DNA of 64,000 bases from an uncultured Verrucomicrobiota bacterium (GCA_964640185.1 CAZXGF010000005.1:1-64000), one strand, 5' to 3'; shown: positions 40,858 through 51,769, numbered from the stretch's first letter. The notes: generated by a model not told the origin, from the letters alone. Program-made: numbers and translations.

Positions 40858-41095
40858 ATTGTATGCGCTCCGCATCAATTGGAGCTGCTCGCGAGACGAT
40901 TGTGAAATCGCTTCGCCGCTATATGCGGGTGTGGTTCCATTTCAGTGCGTGATCTTGGCGAGTGTAACGCTGGCGTCTCGCCGGCAGTCCCGAGGGCGTC
41001 TCGCCCTCGGCCTGGCGCCCCGGGCGCCATCCCCCCGTACGCACCCCCCTCCGCGCCTTTGCGCCTTTGCGTCAATTTCCTCTTTCCTTGACAAC
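40858..41095. repeat. Direct repeat unit 2. Further related units at 40660-40862 and 41510-41700 end in ccacttaaacgtagccacaccc / ccacttaaacgcagccgcactcc
   Basis: As above. Confidence 0.8.
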
Positions 41096-41795
41096 TGACA
41101 ATAAATACACTATAATACACTCAAAAATGGCAGCGAAACCATAACGCAATCAGGACCCGCAAATGATCACCCATTCCAGTATGGCTTCTCGTCGAGAAAC
41201 TACTGGAAACTACTGGAATTTTAAGCCCTTTTTGGGGTTAAAGAACCCTCCGCAATTTCCTCTGCGCCAGTGGATTGCGCTCAGATTTTTCGCCCTTTTT
41301 GTGCTCAGAAACCCCGCGAACACCGCTTCTGGCGCCGCCCCTGTCGCTGTATTTGACTCGCCGTTGACGTGCTGTCTTCCGCTTCCCAGGGCCACGGCTT
41401 TCCCCCGGGCCGAGCGCCAGCCCAAAAAGGCAAAGTGTTCTCCACTCCGTCGGCTCCACAACCGAGGACCTTTGGGCTTAATGGCCCACCGGTTCTACCG
41501 CCTGCATCTTGCGCTCGATTCTTTCCTACATCCTTTGCGTCTTCGCGCCTTTGCGAGAGGCCTCCTCCCCTTTCTCGGGCCCAGACGCCAGCCCTTATGT
41601 CTATCCAATCTCACACTTGCGATTCACCGCTCGCAGTTCTGCAGCGCGCCACAACCACACCAAAGGCAACCTCTCTACCACTTAAACGCAGCCGCACTCC
41701 CTATATGCCAAAGTCTTGCTGTCATCCGGCATCGGCAGTACAATGGACGCAATGCCAAACGTTCCAACTGTTTTGCGAACAAGGAGGATCTTCCA

Positions 41796-43361
41796 ATGGG
41801 CTCGCTCTCGAAACAGCGTGTTGTACTCCGTGCTCTTCTGGCTGCTGGTTTTGTAACTGCTTGTTCTGTGTGGGAGGCGACGGCGGTTCCGCCGCCAGCG
41901 ACTCGAACCCCACTGGTGCGGGTCGTTGACCTTCGAGTTGGCGAATCGCGCAGCGTCGACCTGTGCGACGGAACGAAGGCACAGGCCAAGCTGCTCCGCG
42001 TGGAGGACAGCCGCGACGCTGTCCGCTCGGCGGTGCGGGTTTCGCGGGTGACAATCGAGGTCAACAGCCAGCGGGCTGTGCTCATTTCGGCGACGTACCA
42101 CCTGCCTGTTAAGGTTGCGGGCGTGCAGGTTGATTGCCCGATTACGAGGGGCTATTCTGCCAACAGCAGTCAGGACGCCTGGGGGCTGGTCAAAGACGCC
42201 CGGCTCCGGCTCTGGCCGGCTGGTTCGTCGTGGGTGGCGCCCGGAACCTTCGCCTACCCGGTCAAGCAGCGGTGGTTCGCGTCCGACACTCAGATGGCCA
42301 ACGAACCCACATTCGTCAACGGCGACGAGCAGCCGTCCCAACGCAAAATCTACTATCACTACGGACTGGACTTCGGCGGCGCCGAGGGGATGGTTGATGT
42401 AATCGCGGCAACCGACGGGCTGGTCGTTTCCCGCGGTACCGATGTGCTCCCCGGCTACGAGGGTACTCCAGTGCGCCCTCGCTACGACGTGGTGTACCTC
42501 CTCGACGACCGCGGCTGGTACTGCCGCTACAGTCATCTGCAACGCATTGACCCCGCCGTGAAACTTGGGCAGCGGGTCAAAATGCGCCAGAACATCGGCG
42601 TGCTCGGCAAGGAGGGGGCAAGCGGCGGCTGGTCGCATCTGCACTTCGACATCCAGAGCCGCCAGCCCTCCGGCAAGTGGGGCACACAAGCCGCATACCC
42701 TTTCGTGTGGGAGGCGTACCGGCGAGAGTACTCGCCCACCTTGGTCGCGGTGGCGAGGCCCCATCACCTGGCGTGGACCGGTGACGCGGTCACTCTCGAT
42801 GGAATGCAATCGTGGACCGCCGCAGGCAAGATCGCCCGCTACGACTGGACGTTCACCGACGGAACCAAGGCCTCCGGACCTACGGTCAAACACGCCTACG
42901 CTCGTCCCGGCGCCTACAGCGAGATTCTGAAAGTCACCGACGTGCACGGGCGGGTTGCTTACGATTTCGCCGTCGTGCAGGTCATTGACAAATCACAGCC
43001 GGGGCGGCTTCCGCCGACGATACACGCTGCCTACTCGCCCACATTCGGCATCAAGCCGGGTGCCCCGGTCACCTTCAAGGTGCGAACTTTTCGCACGACC
43101 GCTGGCAGAGAAACATGGGACTTCGGTGACGGCGCCCCGCCGGTTACAGTCAAGTCGGACGGCAATGTCAATCCCCACGCGAAGGACGGCTATGCCGTAA
43201 CCGTTCACCGCTTCAGCCGCCCGGGCGACTACCTGGTCCGGGTGGAGCGTAACGACCAGTACGGTCAAAAGGCCATTGCCCATCTGCGCGTGCGGGTACG
43301 CCGGCCCGATGCCGCGAACTCACCCGCAGACCGACGTAACGACAATGGAAAGCACGGGTAG
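41796..43361 (+). CDS. M23 family metallopeptidase lipoprotein with two C-terminal PKD domains
   Basis: Lipobox AGFVTAC. YYHYGLDFGG...GWSHLHFDIQ carries the HxxxD/HxH M23 motifs. YDWTFTDGTKASG...GAYSEILKVTD and WDFGDGAPP...GDYLVRVERNDQYG are PKD signatures. RBS AAGGAGGA. Confidence 0.8.
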   Translation: MGSLSKQRVVLRALLAAGFVTACSVWEATAVPPPATRTPLVRVVDLRVGESRSVDLCDGTKAQAKLLRVEDSRDAVRSAVRVSRVTIEVNSQRAVLISATYHLPVKVAGVQVDCPITRGYSANSSQDAWGLVKDARLRLWPAGSSWVAPGTFAYPVKQRWFASDTQMANEPTFVNGDEQPSQRKIYYHYGLDFGGAEGMVDVIAATDGLVVSRGTDVLPGYEGTPVRPRYDVVYLLDDRGWYCRYSHLQRIDPAVKLGQRVKMRQNIGVLGKEGASGGWSHLHFDIQSRQPSGKWGTQAAYPFVWEAYRREYSPTLVAVARPHHLAWTGDAVTLDGMQSWTAAGKIARYDWTFTDGTKASGPTVKHAYARPGAYSEILKVTDVHGRVAYDFAVVQVIDKSQPGRLPPTIHAAYSPTFGIKPGAPVTFKVRTFRTTAGRETWDFGDGAPPVTVKSDGNVNPHAKDGYAVTVHRFSRPGDYLVRVERNDQYGQKAIAHLRVRVRRPDAANSPADRRNDNGKHG

Positions 43362-43583
43362 GGCGCCTGAGAAGCATCCCGCGTGGCCGGGCCTCAACCC
43401 GCACGGCCCGGAGTGAGGTTGCCCAAGTCGCAATTCCGCGGCGAGCCGAGAGCCTGCCCGTCGGCAAGAACGTATTCGGTAACCTCGAATCAGTCCCAAA
43501 AAGCCTCCGCGAAGCCCCGGACGGCATGATTCACGTCGTTCGGCAACACCGCTTCGTGCAGTCGTCCCGGTGGCACGGTCAGG

Positions 43584-44987
43584 TCACGGCACGATTTTTC
43601 CCGGATTGAGGATGTTGTTGGGGTCGAAAACCCGCTTGATTTCCCGAATGAGCTTCACCGGCGTGGCACCAATAGCTTTTTCGAGATAATTCTTCCTCGT
43701 CAGGCCCACCCCGTGTTCGCCCGTGATTTGACCCCCGAGGGACAGAGCGATATCGAATATCCTTTCGCTGATTTCCGGAACGGTCTGCTGCCAGGCATCA
43801 TCGGGACGGTCCTCCTTGAGGACGTTGACGTGAACGTTGCCGTCGCCCGAATGCCCGAAGCAGGCAATCGGATACTGACACTCCTCCTCGAGCTTCTTCA
43901 TCGCCGCGAGGAATTCGGCGATTCGCCCACGAGGCACCACGACGTCTTCCATGTGGTTGACCGGGCTTCTCATCTTGAGGGCATCAATGATGGCTCGCCG
44001 CGCCTCCCAGAGCCTGTCCTGGTCGGGGCGGTTGTCCGCCATGAGAACGTCAATCGCACCGTGCTCCAGGCACACCTCCCCAACGGTTTCGACCATCGCC
44101 TCCACGTCGTCCTTTCGATTCCCGTCGAGCTTGATGATAAGCAGAGCCGTCGCCTCCCGAAACGGCAATTCCTTCTTGAGGAACGCCTCGCATGCCAGCA
44201 GGCAGTCCCGATCCATGAACTCTAACGCCGTGGGCAGAATCTGTTTCTCGATGATTGCCGAGACCGTATCAGCCGCCGATTGAAACTCCTCAAAAGCCAC
44301 GAGCAAATCAATCGTGACCTTCGGCAGAGGAATCAGCCGCAGAACGATTTTGGTCACTATTCCCAACGTTCCCTCCGAACCGACGATGAGAGCCGTCAGA
44401 TCGTAGCCGGTCACGTTTTTGACCAACTTTCCTCCCATTTCCACGATCTCCCCCGACGGCAGAACTACCTCCAGCCCGCACACGTAATCCTTGGTCACTC
44501 CGTACTTCACAGCGCGCGGCCCCCCGGCGCATTCCGCTACGTTCCCGCCGATGCTGCACGAATCGAGGCTCGCCGGATCCGGAGGGTAGAACAATCCCTC
44601 CGCCTCGACCGCTTGGTGGATTTTCTCCGTAATGACCCCCGGCTCCACCGTCACCATCAGGTTCCTCTTATCAACCTCCAGAATTTTGTTCATCCTCTCC
44701 AGCGACAGCACAATCCCGCCGTGCGCCGGCACCGCGCCTCCCGAAAGTCCGTAGCCCGCTCCACGAGGCGTTACCGGTATCATGCGGTCATTGGCAAACA
44801 CCATCAACTTTGAGACCTGCTCCGCCCTCGTCGCCCGAACGACCACTTCCGGCTCAGCCCTTAGCCCGGGAACCTCGTCGTGTGAGTACTTTTCCTTCAC
44901 TTCGGGATCGAGAAGCACGTCGTCTGTCCCGAAAACTTCCCTCAAAAACTGAATAGCCTGCTCATCAACTTTGCGGTACATTTTCAA
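43584..44987 (-). CDS. FAD-binding oxidoreductase (GlcD / D-lactate dehydrogenase family)
   Basis: FAD_binding_4 N-terminal domain and a C-terminal FAD-oxidase domain (HGVGLTRK...). Confidence 0.8.
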   Translation of the reverse strand: MKMYRKVDEQAIQFLREVFGTDDVLLDPEVKEKYSHDEVPGLRAEPEVVVRATRAEQVSKLMVFANDRMIPVTPRGAGYGLSGGAVPAHGGIVLSLERMNKILEVDKRNLMVTVEPGVITEKIHQAVEAEGLFYPPDPASLDSCSIGGNVAECAGGPRAVKYGVTKDYVCGLEVVLPSGEIVEMGGKLVKNVTGYDLTALIVGSEGTLGIVTKIVLRLIPLPKVTIDLLVAFEEFQSAADTVSAIIEKQILPTALEFMDRDCLLACEAFLKKELPFREATALLIIKLDGNRKDDVEAMVETVGEVCLEHGAIDVLMADNRPDQDRLWEARRAIIDALKMRSPVNHMEDVVVPRGRIAEFLAAMKKLEEECQYPIACFGHSGDGNVHVNVLKEDRPDDAWQQTVPEISERIFDIALSLGGQITGEHGVGLTRKNYLEKAIGATPVKLIREIKRVFDPNNILNPGKIVP

Positions 44988-44996
44988 GCCTTCCTT

Positions 44997-46241
44997 TCAC
45001 GAAAGCGTTAACTCCGAAAATCTGCCGATAGCTTGTGTCAGACATCCCCTTCTATCTTGCAGCGCCTCGGTGAGCGCAGGAACGACCCCCTTGCCAGCCG
45101 CGACTTCTCCAGCCGCCCATCTCGGAGCAAAGCAAGGATTTCGACCTGTTTCACTCGGCGCGTCGCTCGGGGCAGGTAGTTCTGGTGAGGCTGCCGGAGA
45201 GACACTTCGCAAAGCTTCGGCGGCGGCGCGCCGAACTGTCGAATACTCATCCTCAAGGAGCTTCGTCAAGGCAGGCACGGCTTGTCTGGCCTGCGGGCCG
45301 ATATTTCCGAGGGCTGTGGCAACGTCGGCTCGCACGCGGGAAACAGGAAACCCCAGCAATTCGATGAGCTCCGGCACAGCACCCGCCGCTTCTGAGCCGA
45401 AATCACCGATGGCGGTTGCTGCCGCGCAGCGTACGCTGGGCTTGGGCTCATGGAGGGTTTTCCGCAGCGCCGGCAGCGCGAGTTCGGGATGCCGCCCGAT
45501 CTTGCCGATAGAAAGAGCTGCGTGGATTCTAACCAACAGGTGCGGGTCACGGAGTGAGACGATGATTTTTGGCAGGAGCGGTTCCGCGAGCTCGCCGCAC
45601 TCTCCAAGTGCAAAGATAGCTGTGTACCTGACTGCCGGGTTGCTGTTAGACAACCACTCAGGCGACCTCCCGCTTTCGATGCCAATGTGAGCGACAGCTT
45701 CACCTATCTGTTGCCAAAACGGACAGCCGCGAGGATGAACCAACAGCGAGAGGAAGTCCGGGACAGCCGCCACGGACGGCCCGCCGATCTCTCCCAGACA
45801 GATGATTGTCCAGTAGGCTTGCCTGTCTTTCCGGCTTTTGAGGAGGGGGCGGAGAGCATTCACCGCAGGAGCAGCGTCCCGCCCCAGAGCGCTCAGGCAC
45901 AATGTAGCCTTGAGACGAACGTCCGGGTCGTCGTCCTCGAGCGCACGAACCAGAAAGGGCACACCTTCTTTGCCGACCTCGCGGACGACCTCCTCATGTT
46001 CATCCAGAAAAACCACACAGTGACGTTCAGATGGTCCGAGAAAAGGCTCGGCCAGAATGGACCGAATGCGCACCTTCGGTGAGGACTTCGGAAAATGGGA
46101 GGAACGGCGCGGATCGGGTGGCGACAGGGCGTTCCGGGCCCAATACCCGAGGCCCAAACCGAGGGCCGCGATTATCCCGGCCGCCAGGGGCCGCCCGCCA
46201 AGCCGCATGGTATTCTTCCCCCCAAGATTCGTTGCTGCCAA
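44997..46241 (-). CDS. HEAT repeat domain protein (PBS lyase-like repeats), membrane-anchored. The start is uncertain
   Basis: Repeated ..VR..AA.ALG.IG...A.PAL..LL.D motifs. Confidence 0.7.
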   Translation of the reverse strand: MAATNLGGKNTMRLGGRPLAAGIIAALGLGLGYWARNALSPPDPRRSSHFPKSSPKVRIRSILAEPFLGPSERHCVVFLDEHEEVVREVGKEGVPFLVRALEDDDPDVRLKATLCLSALGRDAAPAVNALRPLLKSRKDRQAYWTIICLGEIGGPSVAAVPDFLSLLVHPRGCPFWQQIGEAVAHIGIESGRSPEWLSNSNPAVRYTAIFALGECGELAEPLLPKIIVSLRDPHLLVRIHAALSIGKIGRHPELALPALRKTLHEPKPSVRCAAATAIGDFGSEAAGAVPELIELLGFPVSRVRADVATALGNIGPQARQAVPALTKLLEDEYSTVRRAAAEALRSVSPAASPELPAPSDAPSETGRNPCFAPRWAAGEVAAGKGVVPALTEALQDRRGCLTQAIGRFSELTLS

Positions 46242-46376
46242 TAAGCCGTTTAGGTACCCGCGAGCGGATGCTGCCGGGCTTGAACCATCATCATTCTAAC
46301 ACAACATGCGAAGCTTGCGAATCACCCGGAGAAGCCTTTGAAGTCCCAGCCCACTTTCGGCGCCCCAGTCCGACGC

Positions 46377-47528
46377 TCAGGCAGACGAATCACCTTGCTC
46401 GCGCTCAATGACCGAGCGCACATCGCCGAGAAGGGCTTCCACCTTCTCCTCGCGGCAGGAATGCCCCATCAGGCCCACTCGCCACGCTTTCCCTGCGAAC
46501 TCGCCCAATCCGCCGCCGATTTCCAGGTTGCACTTCGCGCGCAATTCTTTCCGCAGCTTCCCTTCATCCATTCCTTCGGGGAGGAAGACCGCGTGCAGCA
46601 TCGGAAGCCGCCGCTCCGGCTTCTCGACAATGTATCTGAAGCCAAGCTCCTCCAGTCCCGCCTGAAGAGCGGCGGCGTTCCTTCTATGCCTCTCGAACAC
46701 AGCGTCCAGACCTTCTTCGAGGACGAGCCGCAGCCCCTCGTGCAGGGCGAAAATCATGTTGACCGGCGCCGTGTGGTGATACTTCCTCGCGCCGCCCTCG
46801 TTCCAGTATTTCTCGATCATGGTCAGGTCGAAGTACCAGCTCTGCACCGGTGTCCGCCTGTTCCTGACCTTTTCCATCGCGCGGTCGTTGAGGGTGATGG
46901 GCGACAGCCCCGGCGGAACGCTCAGGCACTTTTGCGTCCCGCTGTAAGCGGCGTCAATCCCCCACTCGTCAACTTTCACCTCCGTGCCGCCGAGCGAGGT
47001 CACCGCATCAACGAGGAACAGCGCCTCGTGCTCGTGGACGACGTGAGCTATCTCCTTGATATGCGGCTGAAGGGCGCCCGTGGACGTCTCGGCGTGGACC
47101 AGAAAAACAGCCCGGCAGTTCCCGCTTGAGACAGCCTGCTTCACCTGCTCCGGCTCGACCGTCCTCCCCCACTCAACGTTTATCTCCGCGACCTCCCCGC
47201 CGAAGCGGGAAATCTCGTCGGCAATCCTTCCCCCGAAGACGCCGTTCCTGACCACAGCCACTCTGTCCCCCGGCTCGACGAGGTTCGCCACAAGCGTTTC
47301 CATCCCGGAGCTTCCCGTGCCGGAAATAGGGATGGTCATGCGGTTACTCGTCTGGAAGACCTCTCGCAACATCTCCTGCGTCTGATCCATGACGCGAAGA
47401 AAATCGGGGTCGAGATGTCCTATCGTCGTCACCGATAATGCTTGAAGGACCGAATCGGGCACGTCGCTCGGTCCCGGCCCATGCAGCCGAACATGTCCAA
47501 TCTGGTCCTGAACCGTCTTCAGTTCCAT
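46377..47528 (-). CDS. Class V aminotransferase (alanine-glyoxylate / serine-pyruvate aminotransferase-like)
   Basis: PLP fold with a GTQKCL lysine motif. 383 aa. Confidence 0.8.
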   Translation of the reverse strand: MELKTVQDQIGHVRLHGPGPSDVPDSVLQALSVTTIGHLDPDFLRVMDQTQEMLREVFQTSNRMTIPISGTGSSGMETLVANLVEPGDRVAVVRNGVFGGRIADEISRFGGEVAEINVEWGRTVEPEQVKQAVSSGNCRAVFLVHAETSTGALQPHIKEIAHVVHEHEALFLVDAVTSLGGTEVKVDEWGIDAAYSGTQKCLSVPPGLSPITLNDRAMEKVRNRRTPVQSWYFDLTMIEKYWNEGGARKYHHTAPVNMIFALHEGLRLVLEEGLDAVFERHRRNAAALQAGLEELGFRYIVEKPERRLPMLHAVFLPEGMDEGKLRKELRAKCNLEIGGGLGEFAGKAWRVGLMGHSCREEKVEALLGDVRSVIEREQGDSSA

Positions 47529-47779
47529 CGCTTTCCTCCATGAAATAGTTCAGCGAACTGTGATAACGCCAGATGCGTAAAACCGCTCTGCCTTCCCTGC
47601 ATTGACGCCCGCGTTCGGACGTCACGTGCGTGAACCGATTATCGCCATAGCGACCCCGAAGAGTCAAGGACGATCGTCCGCCGATAATAATGCCTGACTT
47701 ACGGGTGGGATAGGGGAACTTTGGTGCATGAGAAATCCGAAAGCATTGACACAGGGATCCTTCGGCCTCGCGTCGGCCA

Positions 47780-47995
47780 GTACCTTTCAGGATGAAAAGA
47801 ACAGCCGTCCCCAACGTGGCATCCCGCTGGAGGCGGGACCCGTGGGAATCATGGGCAAGATGCCCATGCCACGGCATCCGAGGATCGGGTCGTTCTCATC
47901 CGCCTCTCTGCGCCTTTGCGTTGTCCTCCTCTTCCCTGCTTCCCTCCCCCGCCAAGGCGGGGTACCCGCTCGAGAGGGAGGGATCACCGCTGATA
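47780..47995. repeat. Hairpin-module repeat (CATGGGCAAGATGCCCATG palindrome; ctctctgcgcctttgcg...gccaaggcgggg module)
   Basis: Matches 25570-25700. Confidence 0.7.
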
Positions 47996-48143
47996 AGATG
48001 GCCGAGCAACGTTTTTCTCCGTTCGCGGAAGTGAAAAGGAGGGAGCGCGTTCTCTTTCAGACGAAACCGGGCGTTTCCTCTCCGGCCATCAGCACATAGC
48101 CGCAAAGGAATAAATGGCTATGACGAGCAAGCGAACCAAATCC

Positions 48144-48740
48144 TCACCGGGTCGCTATTCTCGTCAGGTAGGCGAGGTGAGCGGTTTCCTCGGCGAGGTC
48201 TGCCCTTATGTACGCCTCCACGATGGATGAGCCGATGGAGATGATTCCGTGCCGGGCGAGAAGTAGCGTATGAACGCTGCTGTCGAGGGTGGGAATGATA
48301 TTCTTCACGTCCTCCAGCAGCTTGTCGGACCCCGGCATTGACTCGGGCAAAAGCGGAATCTTCCCGAGCTTGGCCTTCGCGGAGACTGTCACTGGCGGAA
48401 TGGATTCTCCCAGGATTGAAAGGGCGATGCAATGGCGAGGGTGGACGTGAAAAACAGCCTTGACGTCCCCTCGGAGAAGGTAAATTGCCGCGTGCATTCT
48501 CGCCTCCTTTGACGGCTTCAGCTCCTCTGGTCCCGCGATCTTCTCCCCTTTTGCATTGATAGTCACGATGTTTTCCGGTTTGGTGTCGCCGAGGGAGAGG
48601 CCGCTTGCCGTGATGAGGAACTCCTCCGAATCGCCTATGCGAACGCTGTTGTTCCCTCCAGCCGACGAGGCCAAAATCCGGTTGTAAGCCAACACACTGT
48701 AATGCGACAATTCGGCTTTTAGTTTCTCGAGCTCCGTCAT
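48144..48740 (-). CDS. Class II aldolase/adducin family protein (3-oxo-tetronate 4-phosphate decarboxylase OtnC-like)
   Basis: HVHP metal-binding motif. Start placed at MTELEKLK. Sits in a cluster with PdxA2 and OtnK. Confidence 0.7.
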   Translation of the reverse strand: MTELEKLKAELSHYSVLAYNRILASSAGGNNSVRIGDSEEFLITASGLSLGDTKPENIVTINAKGEKIAGPEELKPSKEARMHAAIYLLRGDVKAVFHVHPRHCIALSILGESIPPVTVSAKAKLGKIPLLPESMPGSDKLLEDVKNIIPTLDSSVHTLLLARHGIISIGSSIVEAYIRADLAEETAHLAYLTRIATR

Positions 48741-48745
48741 CGAAT

Positions 48746-49747
48746 TCACCTCCGTTTTTGTAACGCGAGTTCCGTCGCCACTTTTATCGCTTCGAGCAGA
48801 TTCCTGTGGTCCGCCTTGTTTTGCCCGGCGATGTCGAAGGCGGTGCCATGCCCCACCGACGTGCGTATGAGCGGCAGACCCGCCAGTAGCGTCACCGCCG
48901 ACCCAAAGCCGAGAAGCTTCACTACCATCAGCCCTTGATCGTGAAACATCGCCACCACCATGTCGAATTCTCCCTCTTTCGCCCGCACAAAAACCGTATC
49001 CGCAGGGAGTGGTCCCACTACGTTCATGCCGCGAGCAGAACATTCTTCGACCGCCGGGGCGATCTCCTTGCTCTCCTCGTCGCCGAAAATCCCACCCTCG
49101 CCAGCATGCGGATTCAGCGCAGCCACGGCTATCTTCGGGTTCTCAAGGCCGAGGAAAAGAAGGCTTTCCCACGCCAGCTCCACCATGGAGACGATTCGGT
49201 CCTTCTTGACTTTTTCGATGGCTTCACGCAGCGACATGTGCGTCGTCAAAAGCATCAACCGAAGACCGCCCAGCAGAAGAATCATCCCGTATCTCTTCGC
49301 CCCGCAAAGCTCGCCGAGAATCTGAGTTTGCCCCTCGTACTTGTAACCAGCGGCGCGCATTGACTCCTTGTTCAACGGCGCCGAGACCATAGCTCCCACT
49401 TCCCCGGAGAGGCACATTTTCCCAGCTTCCTTCGTGTAAAGCACCGCCGCCTCCCCGTTCTTCGCGTCAACGACGCCCATCCGGAGGTTCTCGACGTCAA
49501 TGTTGTGAGAATCGAGGACGTCAATCGTTCCGTGCGCGAATCTCGCCTCGGAGACGCTTTCGATAGCGCGAACCTCCACGGGAGAGCCGGTCAACGCTGC
49601 TGCTTGCTTTATAGCCCGCGCATCTCCCAAAACGAGAGGATTGCACCAGCGATACACATCCGGTTGCGCGAGGCATTTCACGGCAATCTCCGGTCCAATG
49701 CCCGCTGCATCTCCCATGGTAATTGCGACTTTCGGCCTGTCCGCCAC
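48746..49747 (-). CDS. PdxA-family 4-hydroxythreonine-4-phosphate dehydrogenase homologue (PdxA2-type, 4-phospho-threonate/erythronate dehydrogenase)
   Basis: ITMGDAAGIGPEI N-terminus and the HGTAFDIAG C-terminal motif. Confidence 0.8.
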   Translation of the reverse strand: MADRPKVAITMGDAAGIGPEIAVKCLAQPDVYRWCNPLVLGDARAIKQAAALTGSPVEVRAIESVSEARFAHGTIDVLDSHNIDVENLRMGVVDAKNGEAAVLYTKEAGKMCLSGEVGAMVSAPLNKESMRAAGYKYEGQTQILGELCGAKRYGMILLLGGLRLMLLTTHMSLREAIEKVKKDRIVSMVELAWESLLFLGLENPKIAVAALNPHAGEGGIFGDEESKEIAPAVEECSARGMNVVGPLPADTVFVRAKEGEFDMVVAMFHDQGLMVVKLLGFGSAVTLLAGLPLIRTSVGHGTAFDIAGQNKADHRNLLEAIKVATELALQKRR

Positions 49748-49763
49748 TGCGAGTCAACCTCCG

Positions 49764-51077
49764 TCATTTCCCGCCACGCAGAGACTCGTGGATTCTGCAT
49801 ACGACGTCGTCCGGGCCTATGGAACCGCCTTTAGCAACAACGATCATGCCGTGACAGGGCCCGCCGACGACTTTCGATGCTACCACAAGCGGCAAGATTC
49901 GTGCATGCAATTTGAGGGCGCCGATACCGAGGGCGCGGCAGACCGAGTGGGCAGTTTCTCCCCCGGTCAGAACGAGAGCCGCGGGAGGAGTAACTTCGAC
50001 AACTCGCCGGCAAAGATTTGAAAGGAATGCCAGAATTGAGTCGCAGAGGTCCGCAGGAGGTCTCGCCACCTTTCCACGGACGCAGACTGCAACGTTTTGT
50101 CCCGCAAGGAGCCCTCCTCGGCAGGTTTTCACAAACTCATTCAAAGCGGCTTCGGGTTTTGAGGTTTTCCCTATGCGGCTCATCCCTACCTCGACCAATT
50201 GAAGCTCCCCGGCCTTCGCGCCTATCTCGAGCTGCCGCTTCGATTGAGGGTGGGGCGTCCCACAAACGAAGAACGTCGAGCCCCGCGTGCCGCGGGGTTT
50301 CTCGAGGGTGAGTGGCGCCTCTCTCACCGTGGGAAGCTGCGAGGCAAGGGCCCTTGCCAATCCCTGACAGCCCACGAAAACTTTGGGCCGGGCGCACTGC
50401 ACGATGTCCTTTACAGCACTGTCCAAATCGACGGGCGACCGCGCATCCACAACGATGAGCTGACGGCCCTCGTTTTGCAGCCTCATCGCTGCCTCGGCCG
50501 TCCTCCCCGCTCGAACGTCCGCGAGAGAAATCAGCCCGGCTTTACGGCTGCTGCCCTGCTCCGCGCGAGCGAGGACGCTCGATTCCGTGACGGGATGTTC
50601 CGGATCGCTCGCGTAGAAGCTCTCCGCGACGGGGATGCCGTGTATGTGCTGGACGCCCCCGATGGTCTCTCGCCCCGCGTCCGGGATGGCGGGCAAGATG
50701 AAGGCGACCGGCGCCGCGGCGGCGTCCATAACAGCGCCGACCTCAACGGCGAAGTTACCTCGCAGCGCGCTATCTACCTTTTTGAAAACGAGACCAGCCC
50801 CGCCGGAAAAAGCCCGTCGCGTTGCCTCAAACGACCTGTCGTAAGCCTCCTTGGGAGGCAGATTGCGGCTTTGAGTGTTGTAAACGATGATGCCTTCTTC
50901 CGCTTCGGCGAGCGTCTCGAAACTGCTCTCGACCATGACAAAAACTGATTTCGAGCAGGCGAGGAATTCGACGCCCGAATCGCAGGCCCCCGTCAGGTCG
51001 TCCGCCACAACGCCAATCCTGGCCGCGCTATAATTGTCCGGATTAGGGTTAGCCATTGTTGCGAAATCCTTTTGCAT
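49764..51077 (-). CDS. otnK: Four-carbon acid sugar kinase family protein (OtnK-like, DUF1537/DUF2090). The start is possibly at the internal ATG 51056
   Basis: IGVVADDLTGACD N-terminal motif. Confidence 0.75.
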   Translation of the reverse strand: MQKDFATMANPNPDNYSAARIGVVADDLTGACDSGVEFLACSKSVFVMVESSFETLAEAEEGIIVYNTQSRNLPPKEAYDRSFEATRRAFSGGAGLVFKKVDSALRGNFAVEVGAVMDAAAAPVAFILPAIPDAGRETIGGVQHIHGIPVAESFYASDPEHPVTESSVLARAEQGSSRKAGLISLADVRAGRTAEAAMRLQNEGRQLIVVDARSPVDLDSAVKDIVQCARPKVFVGCQGLARALASQLPTVREAPLTLEKPRGTRGSTFFVCGTPHPQSKRQLEIGAKAGELQLVEVGMSRIGKTSKPEAALNEFVKTCRGGLLAGQNVAVCVRGKVARPPADLCDSILAFLSNLCRRVVEVTPPAALVLTGGETAHSVCRALGIGALKLHARILPLVVASKVVGGPCHGMIVVAKGGSIGPDDVVCRIHESLRGGK

Positions 51078-51119
51078 CCCTGATCGTTGCTGCTTCCCTT
51101 CATCCTAAGTGTTCCAATT

Positions 51120-51556
51120 CACAAATTCGGCGACGTATTCTTCCTCTGACAGGATAACAGGATAGACACGATTTTTGAAATCCTGTTTATCCCGGCGAAA
51201 GGTTGTTCACCTTTCGCTCTAACTCAACTTCCCGCTGACATAGTGGCTTGCCGGTGGCTACGATATTGTTAACGAGTTGCATGTGCTGAGCCGCCACAAC
51301 AACCTGCTTGACCCCGCGCCACGCGGGGCTCGACAATGACCGTATCTCTTTCGACCCCGCCATGACCGGGCTGCAAGGTCTCGGACAACTTCTCCGTCAA
51401 TCGTTTGCGGTTCGTGATATTTCACCCAGCGGCCCGCCGGCCTGTGATTTACTGGATGGCTCACGTGCCTGGAACTATCCAGTCTATCCTGTTATCCCGT
51501 CAAAATAGCTGCTTTCACGACACCATTATACGTCACTGTATTTGCGAATCCCTGTA
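51120..51556. mobile_element. MITE-like element, second copy of the 29612-30092 family
   Basis: About 85% identity over about 430 bp, including both TIRs. Confidence 0.75.
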
Positions 51557-51769
51557 CTAAGCCCACAAGGAAAAATTGACAACGAATTCCACAATTCGCT
51601 CTGTCCCATTTCTGCGAGGGGCCGCACCCAAAATGACCATTTGAAAAAATCGCCGGCAAAAACTATTCTACCCCCATAGCCTATTGTCAGCTCGTTTTCC
51701 CCGAGTGTCCCGTCTCTCGCAACCGGCGACGGCCATTGGGACGACAACGCTGCCGGAGGAGATTAGAAA

